64,000 bases of DNA from sequence record NC_061442.1; one strand, written 5' to 3'. Positions 28,307 to 37,517 of the stretch are shown here, one piece after another (position 1 is the first letter of the stretch; each line of letters opens with the position of its first letter). The notes below the pieces were generated by a model, which saw only the letters and a list, made by a program, of their open reading frames with translations, was not told the origin of the DNA and made no database searches. Position numbers and translations under genes: made by a program.

Positions 28307-28816
28307 ATGAAATTCACCGCAATCGCTATCGCACTGGTTATGTCTGCTTCCGCTTCTGCTGCAAACTACGTTGCTCCCGCACCTGCCGCCGGCATGAAAT
28401 CTTCTGGCATGACTATCAGCGACAAGCTGGACGATAGCTGCCAGAAGAAGCTGGAGAAAGCTATCGACCTGCGTCATTCAGTGATCGACTTTGCTGTTTC
28501 GAAAGATGCTATCGACACTGTGGCTGCATGGCCGCTAGTGTGTTCCCCGACTGTTGAATCTGCAACGGTTACTGTTGAACGTATCGGCAGTGACATTACG
28601 ATCACTTACGTCAACAAGGACAAGAAGCTGGCCAACCTGAGCCTCGTATTGCAGCGAGTAGAGTCCACTACTGAGGATGATGCTCCTGCGTATCAAGTTG
28701 TCCAGATTGGTGACCTGAACGCTATGGGTTATCCAGAGCAGAACGTTGTGAAAGAGTGGCTGCTGGATTGCTATGCGGCTACAGTTCAGGACAACATGGC
28801 TATGGCGAAGAATTGA
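28307..28816 (+). CDS. Secreted/periplasmic protein
   Basis: Sec signal MKFTAIAIALVMSASASA|A. Confidence 0.8.
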   Translation: MKFTAIAIALVMSASASAANYVAPAPAAGMKSSGMTISDKLDDSCQKKLEKAIDLRHSVIDFAVSKDAIDTVAAWPLVCSPTVESATVTVERIGSDITITYVNKDKKLANLSLVLQRVESTTEDDAPAYQVVQIGDLNAMGYPEQNVVKEWLLDCYAATVQDNMAMAKN

Positions 28817-29121
28817 TGAAAGGGAAGAAGCTAAACGTATTCTTGCAGCAACGAACGGCAGTAAACAAAGTTGCGTCCAGTCCACAAGACTGGGAGACGT
28901 ACAAAGAAATGCTGCTGAACATACGGCTTGCCGTAGCGGTCGACCCGCGCCCTGATGCTGCTATTCGCCATTTGGCTCGTACTTGGTATGCTGAATCAAA
29001 GTACGCGCTCCCTGTTTGTCAGGCTACGCTTTTAAAACTCATGACGTTGAAGAAAGCAAACCAGACACTCGAAGAAATGATTGCTCTTTATATTGACCTA
29101 GAGGAAGGAACTGAGAAATGA
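28816..29121 (+). CDS. Hypothetical protein
   Basis: TGATG overlap. Confidence 0.7.
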   Translation: MKGKKLNVFLQQRTAVNKVASSPQDWETYKEMLLNIRLAVAVDPRPDAAIRHLARTWYAESKYALPVCQATLLKLMTLKKANQTLEEMIALYIDLEEGTEK

Positions 29122-30332
29122 CCGAAGCTGAACTGAACAACGACTACATCGTTAACGCAGCAAAAACTATCTTCACCGCAGGGACAGTGCAACAACGTGA
29201 CGCCTTGCGAACTATCGCTAATACTGTCCTTTCAGGCAAAGCTGCTTTCGCTTACGAAGACTGTTCGTTGGATATTGAAACAACGTATCGTCTGTTAGAA
29301 GAAATCCAGTTTACTGGTGATGGCCGTCGAATGTTGCCTGCCGATGAAATTGTCGCGCTTGATAACATCTTGCGCAAGAACTGGCGCAAAGACTTCTTCA
29401 CCGCAGTATCGAACATGGCTCTGACTATGTACAGTACAGACCCACGTACTGCTGGACGCGGCTTCTGGCCGACGAGTCATAGCGAGTGTGCGCTGCTTGT
29501 GCATCGTGCGTTCTTGTGGGTTGTCGCCCAGAACGGTCTTACTAATCTGCTGCGTGAGAACTATATGGGTGTGAGTCATACTCGCCTGCCTCAGTTTATC
29601 GTAGCGTTTCAAGTCGCAGGTAAAGACGAAGGTGTTGCGCGTCATTACACTCTGTATAATGCGCAGGAAGATTGCGGGACCATCACTACGAACAATCTTC
29701 TGCCTGAGGACTACAAAGAGAAACTGGCGGCAGAGCTTTTAGCGAATCGTCCTGCTGAGTATGATGCCGTAGAGCACATGGATTTTGACGAACTGATCGA
29801 ACTGTGCGAACGTCTGAACGTTATCGGACCAAACTCGACCAAGCGCCAGGCCACTTGCGATTGTAGCATTGACGATGATTGTGAGTGTGACGAAGAAGAC
29901 GAGCCTATGACCCGCGACGACTTCGATAAAGATGAAGTCGGTGACCTGCGCGATCACTTCTGGCAGAAGTACGGTTACCCAGACGACGAGCCTGAAATCC
30001 CAGACGAAGATGTGTGGATTCCCGGTGTGTCTCAAATGGAAGTCCGTATCGATCTTCCTGTAGTAACTCTGTCTGACCCAGACAAACAGATTGTCCCACG
30101 TGCTGGCATGAAGATGAAGTCCCGCGCGAAAAAGCCTATGGGCAAAAGTGAGCCTGTTGTGCTGTCTTACGCCCAACAAATCTGGCATGAGCTGGATAGC
30201 AAGAAAGAGTTTGGTGATCGTAGTTTCGCAATCACTCTCGTTTCTCGCCATACGTGCGGAGTTAGTCGCGCAGTCGCTACGACCCGTGAAGCGCTGGCAA
30301 TCGCTACTGCACTGATGGATGTAAGCAAATAA
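29118..30332 (+). CDS. Hypothetical protein with helical module and acidic tract
   Basis: EHMDFDELIELCERL followed by a D/E-rich segment. Confidence 0.8.
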   Translation: MTEAELNNDYIVNAAKTIFTAGTVQQRDALRTIANTVLSGKAAFAYEDCSLDIETTYRLLEEIQFTGDGRRMLPADEIVALDNILRKNWRKDFFTAVSNMALTMYSTDPRTAGRGFWPTSHSECALLVHRAFLWVVAQNGLTNLLRENYMGVSHTRLPQFIVAFQVAGKDEGVARHYTLYNAQEDCGTITTNNLLPEDYKEKLAAELLANRPAEYDAVEHMDFDELIELCERLNVIGPNSTKRQATCDCSIDDDCECDEEDEPMTRDDFDKDEVGDLRDHFWQKYGYPDDEPEIPDEDVWIPGVSQMEVRIDLPVVTLSDPDKQIVPRAGMKMKSRAKKPMGKSEPVVLSYAQQIWHELDSKKEFGDRSFAITLVSRHTCGVSRAVATTREALAIATALMDVSK

Positions 30333-30400
30333 CTGGTCAGAATAGCGCTTCTTCGTGAGGCGCTTCTATGATATAATCATAGATAGAGCAACAATGCTCT
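30320..30400 (+). promoter_or_regulatory. Class-A phage promoter
   Basis: gtaagcaaataactGGtcagaat; TGaTATAAT at 30369; agagca-acaa-tgctct hairpin. Confidence 0.85.
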
Positions 30401-30445
30401 CAACGTTCTATTCAACCATACGTTTAAACACGGGATTGTCATAAA

Positions 30446-30748
30446 ATGTCACGTACTATTTCACGCAAGAAAGCTCTCGAATTAATGTCTAAAACTTACA
30501 ACGCAAAGCATCCTGAATATCTGCCTCGCCTGATGGCAGAAGATATGGATTCTTCCAGCTTGTTTGAATTTCGTGAAGATGTTGTTGCCCAGATTCGTGA
30601 AGGCAAAGATCCCGTTGCTGTTGTTGATGCTATGATCGACAACGCTATTCGTGTGACTCTGGTTCGTCGTCGTTCTAGCAACGATTACAATCCAAAGATC
30701 GCCGATGTACTTACTGATGAAATTCGTGATCTGCTCCGTAACCTATAA
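30446..30748 (+). CDS. Hypothetical protein
   Basis: ORF track. Confidence 0.75.
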   Translation: MSRTISRKKALELMSKTYNAKHPEYLPRLMAEDMDSSSLFEFREDVVAQIREGKDPVAVVDAMIDNAIRVTLVRRRSSNDYNPKIADVLTDEIRDLLRNL

Positions 30749-30756
30749 GGAATAAA

Positions 30757-31308
30757 ATGAAAAGCTACGGTTACTTTTATATGTTGAATCACATTGCGAT
30801 GGCCGTAGACGCACCCAGCAAGGACGCTGGGTTTAAAGCTATGGTTGAGTTGGACATGTTCAACCGTGCGTCTATCTTCACCCGCCCTGACGCTGAGCCT
30901 CGTGCTGCTCAACTCGTCAAAGACTTGACTGCTTCAATCTATCCTGTCGGCGACTGTCACCCGACTATCGAACAGCGCATGATGCTTGTTCGCGCTCTGC
31001 ATGATCAAGAGCTGGAAAAGATTGTAGGCTCGATTCGTTTCTTCGTGCCGTTCGCATACACGAAAGAAGAACTGTGCGACACGTTCGGCTTCTTCGACAA
31101 CGGAGACACGTTGAGCATTCCGTATTTCTTGCGTCATCATTTCATGGACGACCAAGCTGTCTTCTGTGAAGGTAAGCTAACCAGCTTCGCTTACTCCTGC
31201 ACTCATGGAGAAGTGTCGCAGACGGCTCGCCAGTACGGTTTGTTCCCTGCATACGCTTATGGTAAGAACGATATACCTGAGCAATTCAAACATCTGCCTC
31301 TGTTCTAG
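30757..31308 (+). CDS. Hypothetical protein
   Basis: AAGGA RBS. Confidence 0.75.
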   Translation: MKSYGYFYMLNHIAMAVDAPSKDAGFKAMVELDMFNRASIFTRPDAEPRAAQLVKDLTASIYPVGDCHPTIEQRMMLVRALHDQELEKIVGSIRFFVPFAYTKEELCDTFGFFDNGDTLSIPYFLRHHFMDDQAVFCEGKLTSFAYSCTHGEVSQTARQYGLFPAYAYGKNDIPEQFKHLPLF

Positions 31309-31317
31309 GAGCTTCTC

Positions 31318-31779
31318 ATGGGAGTAGTTAAAGGCATAACCGCTACCACGTTCCCTTCGAGGGGACGTGACGAGGGCCAGAAGATTGCTCTCAAAACTCG
31401 CTGGGGAATTTTCCCTGCGTCTGTTGTTCGTCAGGACAACGATCATCCGTACAACGAGATATGGAAGATTGACGGTAAGAACTTACCGCGTCGCTACTTC
31501 TCGGAAGACGCAGACCTGTTCGTGTCCAGACAGTTCATCGAGAACTTCCCGAAGCGCTCTCTAGTCTGCGCTAAAGGTGAAAGTGAAAACCAATTCGTTG
31601 ACGTTGTGTTTGACCACGACACGCAGAATACCTGCGAAGGCGTTATCGTGACGCATCGTGATCTGTTAATCGTCATCTTGATTACGACGGGCCCTCATGC
31701 AGGCCGATACGTTACAGGAAAAGAATGCCAGTACGCACCTAAGCCGCGTAAGGTTAAGGAGCTGATCGATGAAAGTTGA
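31318..31779 (+). CDS. Hypothetical protein, apparent internal domain duplication
   Basis: Two FP(S/K)R...(V/I)V...(R)RY(F/V) units. Confidence 0.7.
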   Translation: MGVVKGITATTFPSRGRDEGQKIALKTRWGIFPASVVRQDNDHPYNEIWKIDGKNLPRRYFSEDADLFVSRQFIENFPKRSLVCAKGESENQFVDVVFDHDTQNTCEGVIVTHRDLLIVILITTGPHAGRYVTGKECQYAPKPRKVKELIDES

Positions 31780-32050
31780 TAAAGGTAATTTCCTTGAGCG
31801 TTTGAGGTCAGGCGAAACCTTTTACATGCACGTTAGCGGCAAGAAGAAAGGTCAACCTCGTCAAGGTGTTTCGTTGGGTCATGATGCTCGATACAAAGAC
31901 CTGATGATGGCCGTAGGTGGAGTTGCATTCACTCACGGGTATAAGAACGTTCATGTATCATTTAGCCGCAACATTATGGCAGATGCTGATGGTGTTGTGG
32001 TGTTTCGTGTTAAACAATCAATCACTGTTAAAGAAGAAAGGACGTACTAA
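31769..32050 (+). CDS. Hypothetical protein
   Basis: AAGGAG RBS. Confidence 0.75.
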   Translation: MKVDKGNFLERLRSGETFYMHVSGKKKGQPRQGVSLGHDARYKDLMMAVGGVAFTHGYKNVHVSFSRNIMADADGVVVFRVKQSITVKEERTY

Positions 32051-32577
32051 TGCAATTCTTAATCAAGCCAGAAGATCGTTTCCCGAATTTCATTCCGCCT
32101 AAGCGCGCCACAGCTAAAGCTGCTGGCTTCGACCTGTTTGCGCAGGAAGATATGATCATCACTGGTGAAACAGTGTTGTTCGATCTGGGCTTCCGCACTA
32201 AAGTGCCGAAAGACCACGTTGCTGTCATCTTCCCTCGTAGTGGTCTGGGTGCTAAGTTTCAGGTGCAGTTGTCAAACACGAACGGTGTTATCGACGAAGA
32301 CTACACGGGTATCTGGATGGCGGCGTTGCATCTCGGCGGTAAAGGTACTCAGGTGCAGCAACTCGATTGGTTGAGCGCCGCCTACGAGCAATCAAGCCAC
32401 AAAGAAATCCCTGACATTGACGATGACGAAGACCAGAAAGCATTGTTGATCAAACGCGGCGATGCGTTCGCGCAAGTGCTGTTCTTCCCAGTGCCAGAAG
32501 TCGAAGTGGTTATCACCCATGAACCTCTGCCTGAAACAGATCGTGGTGACGGTGGATTCGGTTCCACGACGAAGTGA
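32050..32577 (+). CDS. dut: Trimeric dUTPase
   Basis: Motifs AAGFDL, PRSGL, GVIDEDYTG, GDAFAQ, RGDGGFGST. Confidence 0.97.
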   Translation: MQFLIKPEDRFPNFIPPKRATAKAAGFDLFAQEDMIITGETVLFDLGFRTKVPKDHVAVIFPRSGLGAKFQVQLSNTNGVIDEDYTGIWMAALHLGGKGTQVQQLDWLSAAYEQSSHKEIPDIDDDEDQKALLIKRGDAFAQVLFFPVPEVEVVITHEPLPETDRGDGGFGSTTK

Positions 32578-32789
32578 ATTACTTCTGGCTAATCTTTGCA
32601 GCGTACTACGTTGTCGGCATTGTCGTATTCGTCCGGGACCTGAGGGAATCGACAGATGATGTAATGCTGATGCGCCAGTTCAATGAAGAACTGAATCGCA
32701 TGTCCAATCTCGAACTCGTTTGGGATGCGACAAAACTTTTGCTGTTCGTGGTATTCATTCACATTCCGTGCTGGATTCTCCGCGTATAG
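32574..32789 (+). CDS. Small membrane protein
   Basis: GTGA overlap; two hydrophobic segments. Confidence 0.6.
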   Translation: MNYFWLIFAAYYVVGIVVFVRDLRESTDDVMLMRQFNEELNRMSNLELVWDATKLLLFVVFIHIPCWILRV

Positions 32790-32847
32790 TGATATCGTTC
32801 ACACAAGGAGCCTTACGTGGGCTCCTTATTATCGTAATATAAATGCT

Positions 32848-33162
32848 ATGGGAAAGAAAACTTATCTGCTGCCACGCGAACGCCCTAGCCCTCTGCCGAA
32901 CTTACGTGCCTATCTCGCGTATCTCGCCCGGAAGCCTAACGCTAACCGCGAAGTATTAGAAACGTATTGTGATGCAAGCCTAGCTCAAATGCGCCGCGAA
33001 CGGTTTTTCGTCGGTAAGCTCTTTGCCTACAAAGTGTATACGAAATCGAACAAACTCGCGTACACGGTTGTGTGGATTGACCCATACAACTACGACTGCC
33101 TTGTTCTCAATCACCAAAGGAGATGTGTAGAGTTCAAAAACTTATACGGCCTGCTATTATAG
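32848..33162 (+). CDS. Hypothetical protein
   Basis: ORF track; start moved past the 32803-32827 hairpin. Confidence 0.6.
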   Translation: MGKKTYLLPRERPSPLPNLRAYLAYLARKPNANREVLETYCDASLAQMRRERFFVGKLFAYKVYTKSNKLAYTVVWIDPYNYDCLVLNHQRRCVEFKNLYGLLL

Positions 33163-33200
33163 TTGGGTCCTAGCGCCTTCACACTAGGGGAAATATTCCG

Positions 33201-33881
33201 ATGATAACTGTCCTTAACAATCGTACCGACGAGGTAATGAAACGCCTGAACGTAGCAGTATGGGTATGCGTGGTAGTTGCGTTCGCTGTCTTAATAGCGT
33301 TGCGTATCTCACCTGCATTCGCCAGTATGTCTACAGGCCCTGACAATGCCATTGATATGTCCTCCGCCGTGTCACTCGATCCCTCCAATCGCGTGGCGAC
33401 AAAATACAAGGAGATAGAAAAGGCAGTAGCAGTCAAAGACGAACGAAGGCCAAAACGCTATGTAACACGCGAGCGCCTCCGACAACTTTACGCGCACTTG
33501 CCTCACCCGTCTGACTTAGGCAAGCAGATTGATTTGGCCGCAGAGAAGTATGGAGTAGACGCAAAACTCGTTCTCTCTATCTGTGTCTCCGAGTCGCATC
33601 TTCGTGCAAAGGTCAGGAATAAGTCTGGTGCTACTGGTATGTGTCAAATCATGCCTGACATGCACGGACGTTCTGCACGGGAACTCATGGACTACCGAGT
33701 CAACATTGATCAGGCAGCCCAGATTGTTGCGTTACTAAACAAGCAGTGTAAGGGACGACGCGCCTGCGTTATCCAAAGTTACAACACTGGTTGGGGAGCA
33801 TACTTAAAAGGTGTACGTTCACCACAATACTTAGCGAAAGTTCAGACCGAGTATCGCCGCAAGCATACTCCTTCTTCCTGA
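33201..33881 (+). CDS. SLT-family lytic transglycosylase with N-terminal membrane anchor/signal
   Basis: AAEKYGVDAKLVLSICVSES...SGATGMCQIMP...NIDQAA...SYNTG. Confidence 0.9.
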   Translation: MITVLNNRTDEVMKRLNVAVWVCVVVAFAVLIALRISPAFASMSTGPDNAIDMSSAVSLDPSNRVATKYKEIEKAVAVKDERRPKRYVTRERLRQLYAHLPHPSDLGKQIDLAAEKYGVDAKLVLSICVSESHLRAKVRNKSGATGMCQIMPDMHGRSARELMDYRVNIDQAAQIVALLNKQCKGRRACVIQSYNTGWGAYLKGVRSPQYLAKVQTEYRRKHTPSS

Positions 33882-33895
33882 TAGAGGATATAATA

Positions 33896-34582
33896 ATGAG
33901 CATGAATATCACCGCACTGTACAAAATGCAATTCCAGTTGTTGAAGCCGCTGTCTCCACGTCAGGAGTATGCACTGGTAGTGCTGCTGTGTGACAACATT
34001 GTTGATGGTGACGTTGCAGCAATGGCAGAAGTGATCGTCCGTGACTATCCGCACGTTGCGCGCCTGTATGATGCGTTTGCTGCGGCTAATCAATACGAGA
34101 ACGCAGTACCGTTCATCGTACCTGTGTTGAACTCCGAAGAAGTTACAGAAGAAATCTTCTGCATTCGTGACCACGCACTCGTAGTTGCACCTGACCTGCG
34201 CGAACTTCTTAATCAGGCTCTCACTCGCGTTATTCTGATGCGTGAAACACCTGATGAATTGCTGATACGTGAAGGCGCCGAGTTGCTGCTCTGTGAAGAT
34301 GCACTGCCGTTTGTTCTAGGTCAGTTCATCGACAGTATGCTCGATGCTTACAACTGCGGTGTGCTCCCAATGATCGTGCGCCCTTCGAAAGAGCAACAGG
34401 CAATGCGCCCTGAGCGTCTGCTCTCGTTCGATATGCTGCGCGAACATAACATGTTCTCTGGAAGTCTGGACTTTACTAAAGCTCTACAGCCGAGTGCTAA
34501 AGCAAAGGTGATTGCTGCCCAGCTTATCTCTCGTCTGCATAGCGTCAAAGCTAAACAAGGCTTCGATGCGGTAACACAATAA
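33896..34582 (+). CDS. Hypothetical protein
   Basis: GAGGA RBS before ATG 33896. Confidence 0.75.
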   Translation: MSMNITALYKMQFQLLKPLSPRQEYALVVLLCDNIVDGDVAAMAEVIVRDYPHVARLYDAFAAANQYENAVPFIVPVLNSEEVTEEIFCIRDHALVVAPDLRELLNQALTRVILMRETPDELLIREGAELLLCEDALPFVLGQFIDSMLDAYNCGVLPMIVRPSKEQQAMRPERLLSFDMLREHNMFSGSLDFTKALQPSAKAKVIAAQLISRLHSVKAKQGFDAVTQ

Positions 34583-34587
34583 ACTCA

Positions 34588-34618
34588 ACGGGAGACCTTA
34601 ACTGGTTTCCCGTTTTTC
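34588..34618 (+). terminator. Intrinsic terminator
   Basis: acgggagacc-ttaact-ggtttcccgt-tttt. Confidence 0.75.
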
Positions 34619-34649
34619 ATTTCTGCGCAAATTTTTAAGGACTACACAA

Positions 34650-35591
34650 ATGACCAAAATGGTTGCACTGCCTTTCGCTTCTTCTGAACAACGCAATCGC
34701 TTCTTCGATCAACGCGTGGGTGACCTAAAACTTAACGCCGTCTGGAACTACGTTGTATCAAACAACAATCCGAACTGGAAAGGCGATCCTCTGCTGCACC
34801 ACATGCACTACCATTCGACCGAGCATATGAAGCAGGTAACTGCTCTGGCTCTCTGGCTGCTGGATAAAGAAGCGCAACAGCCGTGGCAATACGATACTGG
34901 GGCCTTGCCTCTTGCTGTGGCCTGTATGTTCCACGACATGGACCACTCACTTGGTCGCCTCAACGATGCAAGTAATATTCGTCTGGCGCAAGAGGCTTTC
35001 AAGAAGTATCTGACCGTGTGTGAAGATGAACGTATTAAAGATCACGAAGCAATTATCCTAGACCTGATTGACATTACGCGCTTCCCGTACATGAAGAACC
35101 GTCAGCCGAAGAATCTGATTGAGCGTTGCATTCGTGATGCGGATATTCTCTACGGTATGCAGGACGATGCACTGGACGTTGTGATATTCTCGCTGCGCCG
35201 TGAAGTAAACCGTAACGTAAATGAAAACGTGTATTTCCAGGCAGACCAGTGGGCACAAGGCCGTGTTGACTTCGTTCGCAGTGTTGAAATCTACTGCCCG
35301 TCTGCTGACGCAATGATGGAATGGCTACTGGCGGAAGACAACGATCACAACCATCAAGATAAGATTGACGACTGGATGCGTCACGAAGTCAGTTTCCGAG
35401 ACACGTCCGCGCATAAACTCAAAGCCAATGACGTGCTGTTCATCGACACGCAGGAAGACAGCACACCGAAGCGCCGTCTGATTGAACGTGTCGAAACAGT
35501 TCACCCGTATCTCAATATCTACTTTGACGGAGGCGAATCTATCTCGCTACGTGATGGTGAGAGTTGTGTGGTTGTCGAACGTCGCAAATAA
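34650..35591 (+). CDS. HD-domain phosphohydrolase
   Basis: YHSTEH...FHDMDH...RDAD. Confidence 0.85.
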   Translation: MTKMVALPFASSEQRNRFFDQRVGDLKLNAVWNYVVSNNNPNWKGDPLLHHMHYHSTEHMKQVTALALWLLDKEAQQPWQYDTGALPLAVACMFHDMDHSLGRLNDASNIRLAQEAFKKYLTVCEDERIKDHEAIILDLIDITRFPYMKNRQPKNLIERCIRDADILYGMQDDALDVVIFSLRREVNRNVNENVYFQADQWAQGRVDFVRSVEIYCPSADAMMEWLLAEDNDHNHQDKIDDWMRHEVSFRDTSAHKLKANDVLFIDTQEDSTPKRRLIERVETVHPYLNIYFDGGESISLRDGESCVVVERRK

Positions 35592-35640
35592 TAGGCTGAA
35601 ATAGTCATGTACTGACTAGGCGCCTGTGATATAATACGCA
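35579..35640 (+). promoter_or_regulatory. Class-A phage promoter
   Basis: gtcgcaaataataGGctgaaat; TGaTATAAT at 35627. Confidence 0.85.
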
Positions 35641-35667
35641 TAGGCACACATAATAGAGAGAACTCGA

Positions 35668-36360
35668 ATGGTACACATAAAGCGTCTGCATCTGAACTCC
35701 GACACCAACTTCTTTGCGATTAACGGAATCGTAATACCGATGGCTTTCTACTACATGGACGTTACCATGCACACGGCAGAGCGCGGTGACAGAGAATTAA
35801 AAATTGGTGTGCGTATGAATCCGCATGTTGCCCGTGAGTCGTATCTGCGTGGAGTGGACTACAGAACGTTTATACCTGTTCTGGCCTGTCATCCTTCTTC
35901 GGACGAAGAATTTTATACAGAGCTTGGCTACATTGATGTTAACAGTCGATTCTTCGACATGCACCACCAGAAGCGTTCGCACTTGGCGTATCTTGGTGTG
36001 CTGCCTGATGTTGCCGAGTCGGATGTGCGGGACTCACGATATGTAACACCGATTGATGTGTATCAAGTGCAACTGCCTGAACGCGCCCGCACCTTTGCTA
36101 AGGTGTACGGCGCTACGCTACGCACGGACTACCTACGCACTTCCGCAATCAATAAGATTGACGATGATATGTGGGAAGCGTTGCGTACCGTAGATCATCC
36201 TAAAGGTATCTCGTGGTCCCGCTTCTTAGATGAAGCAACGTCAGGCCGCTTCACGCCGCACGATGACCTGTCTAACTGCTTAGAGGCATTCGATCAAGAG
36301 TACATGCCTGAGCATATCTTTAAACGCATTCGTCTGGCCCAGTTCGACAAACGAGGTTAA
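35668..36360 (+). CDS. Hypothetical protein
   Basis: ORF track. Confidence 0.75.
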   Translation: MVHIKRLHLNSDTNFFAINGIVIPMAFYYMDVTMHTAERGDRELKIGVRMNPHVARESYLRGVDYRTFIPVLACHPSSDEEFYTELGYIDVNSRFFDMHHQKRSHLAYLGVLPDVAESDVRDSRYVTPIDVYQVQLPERARTFAKVYGATLRTDYLRTSAINKIDDDMWEALRTVDHPKGISWSRFLDEATSGRFTPHDDLSNCLEAFDQEYMPEHIFKRIRLAQFDKRG

Positions 36361-36362
36361 TC

Positions 36363-36593
36363 ATGATGCACGATTTGTATAAGGTGAGTGCTATCCTGTT
36401 CTACACGCTAGGCGCTATGGCTTTCCTTGCACATATCGTGGGCTTCATGAAGAACTGGATGAAAATTCAGGAGATGCGCCAGAAGGCAAAAGCGAAAGCC
36501 GCTAAGGTGCGCTCTCCTGTTGAAGACATTAAGCGCCGTCTGCGTAAAGCAGAAGAACGCGCACGGCATCGCCCACGTAAATTGAGAGACTAA
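36363..36593 (+). CDS. Small single-TM protein with basic tail
   Basis: Hydrophobic segment followed by a K/R-rich tail. Confidence 0.65.
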   Translation: MMHDLYKVSAILFYTLGAMAFLAHIVGFMKNWMKIQEMRQKAKAKAAKVRSPVEDIKRRLRKAEERARHRPRKLRD

Positions 36594-36595
36594 TC

Positions 36596-36904
36596 ATGGC
36601 TGAATCAACGCACGACAACAATCTGGCAAACAAAGTACAACGTGCTTTGGAGATCTGCTGGGAAGAAACAACAAAGCGCAACGAAGGCGAACACACCTAT
36701 GCGTTTCTCGCCTCCGAGTTTGCTGCTAACGGTAAGAACTTGTTTGATGGTGAATTGCGGATGCTGAACGTTATGCTACGTGACGCCGTTAACATCAACA
36801 TGTACGGCCGTTATGTTGCGACTGTCTATACAGGCAACAAGGGCATCATGGTCGCGTTCCAGCCTGTTGCTGATCTGGAAGATATCATCGAGATGAGGTT
36901 CTAG
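36596..36904 (+). CDS. Hypothetical protein
   Basis: ORF track. Confidence 0.7.
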   Translation: MAESTHDNNLANKVQRALEICWEETTKRNEGEHTYAFLASEFAANGKNLFDGELRMLNVMLRDAVNINMYGRYVATVYTGNKGIMVAFQPVADLEDIIEMRF

Positions 36905-36905
36905 C

Positions 36906-37481
36906 ATGGACCAGATTGATATGTTTGAAACGTACGGCGCTCATGAGATCTCTGAATACACTCAACTTGAGTATGAGCGTCTGGCCGGTGAGTACATAGC
37001 GAAATGTGATCGCAGAGTGCAGGCTGCCTTCGGTGACCCAATGCCTACGGCAGAGTTTCTGGATAAATACCCGATGCTTGTGCCTGGCAAATTGAAGTTT
37101 CGTAAGAAGCTGGCTATGGTCCAGGAGTTCGTGCTCGTTACACACGACAAGCTCAAGGCGAGCCTGCTCAAGAAACAGGGCAACGTTCGACAGACAGGTA
37201 ATATCGACCCGCAGTACCTAATCAACGTGTACAATCACAATGAGAAGCTCGCGCTGTTCTTGAGTGACTTCCACGACTTCATGAGCGACTTCATGAATGC
37301 CGTTCACCTGTTCACAGTTGCAACCGTGTATGATGGTCGCTTGCTTGTCTACGCAGAGAACGGAGAGCCTTTGGTTACTACCAAAGAAACGCTGGAGATG
37401 CTCACCGAGATAGAGCACTTCATCAACAAGAGCAAGGTCTACCGCGTACACTCACAAAACGCCATCTACCGTACAATTTAA
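36906..37481 (+). CDS. Hypothetical protein
   Basis: GAGG RBS. Confidence 0.75.
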   Translation: MDQIDMFETYGAHEISEYTQLEYERLAGEYIAKCDRRVQAAFGDPMPTAEFLDKYPMLVPGKLKFRKKLAMVQEFVLVTHDKLKASLLKKQGNVRQTGNIDPQYLINVYNHNEKLALFLSDFHDFMSDFMNAVHLFTVATVYDGRLLVYAENGEPLVTTKETLEMLTEIEHFINKSKVYRVHSQNAIYRTI

Positions 37482-37517
37482 CCTGAGCGCTTACGGGCGC
37501 TCTACTGGAGAAACATT

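Noticed and set aside
33886-33894. TATAAT as a class-A promoter
   Set aside because: No GG box 36-38 nt upstream; it is the AT-rich spacer of the GAGGA RBS
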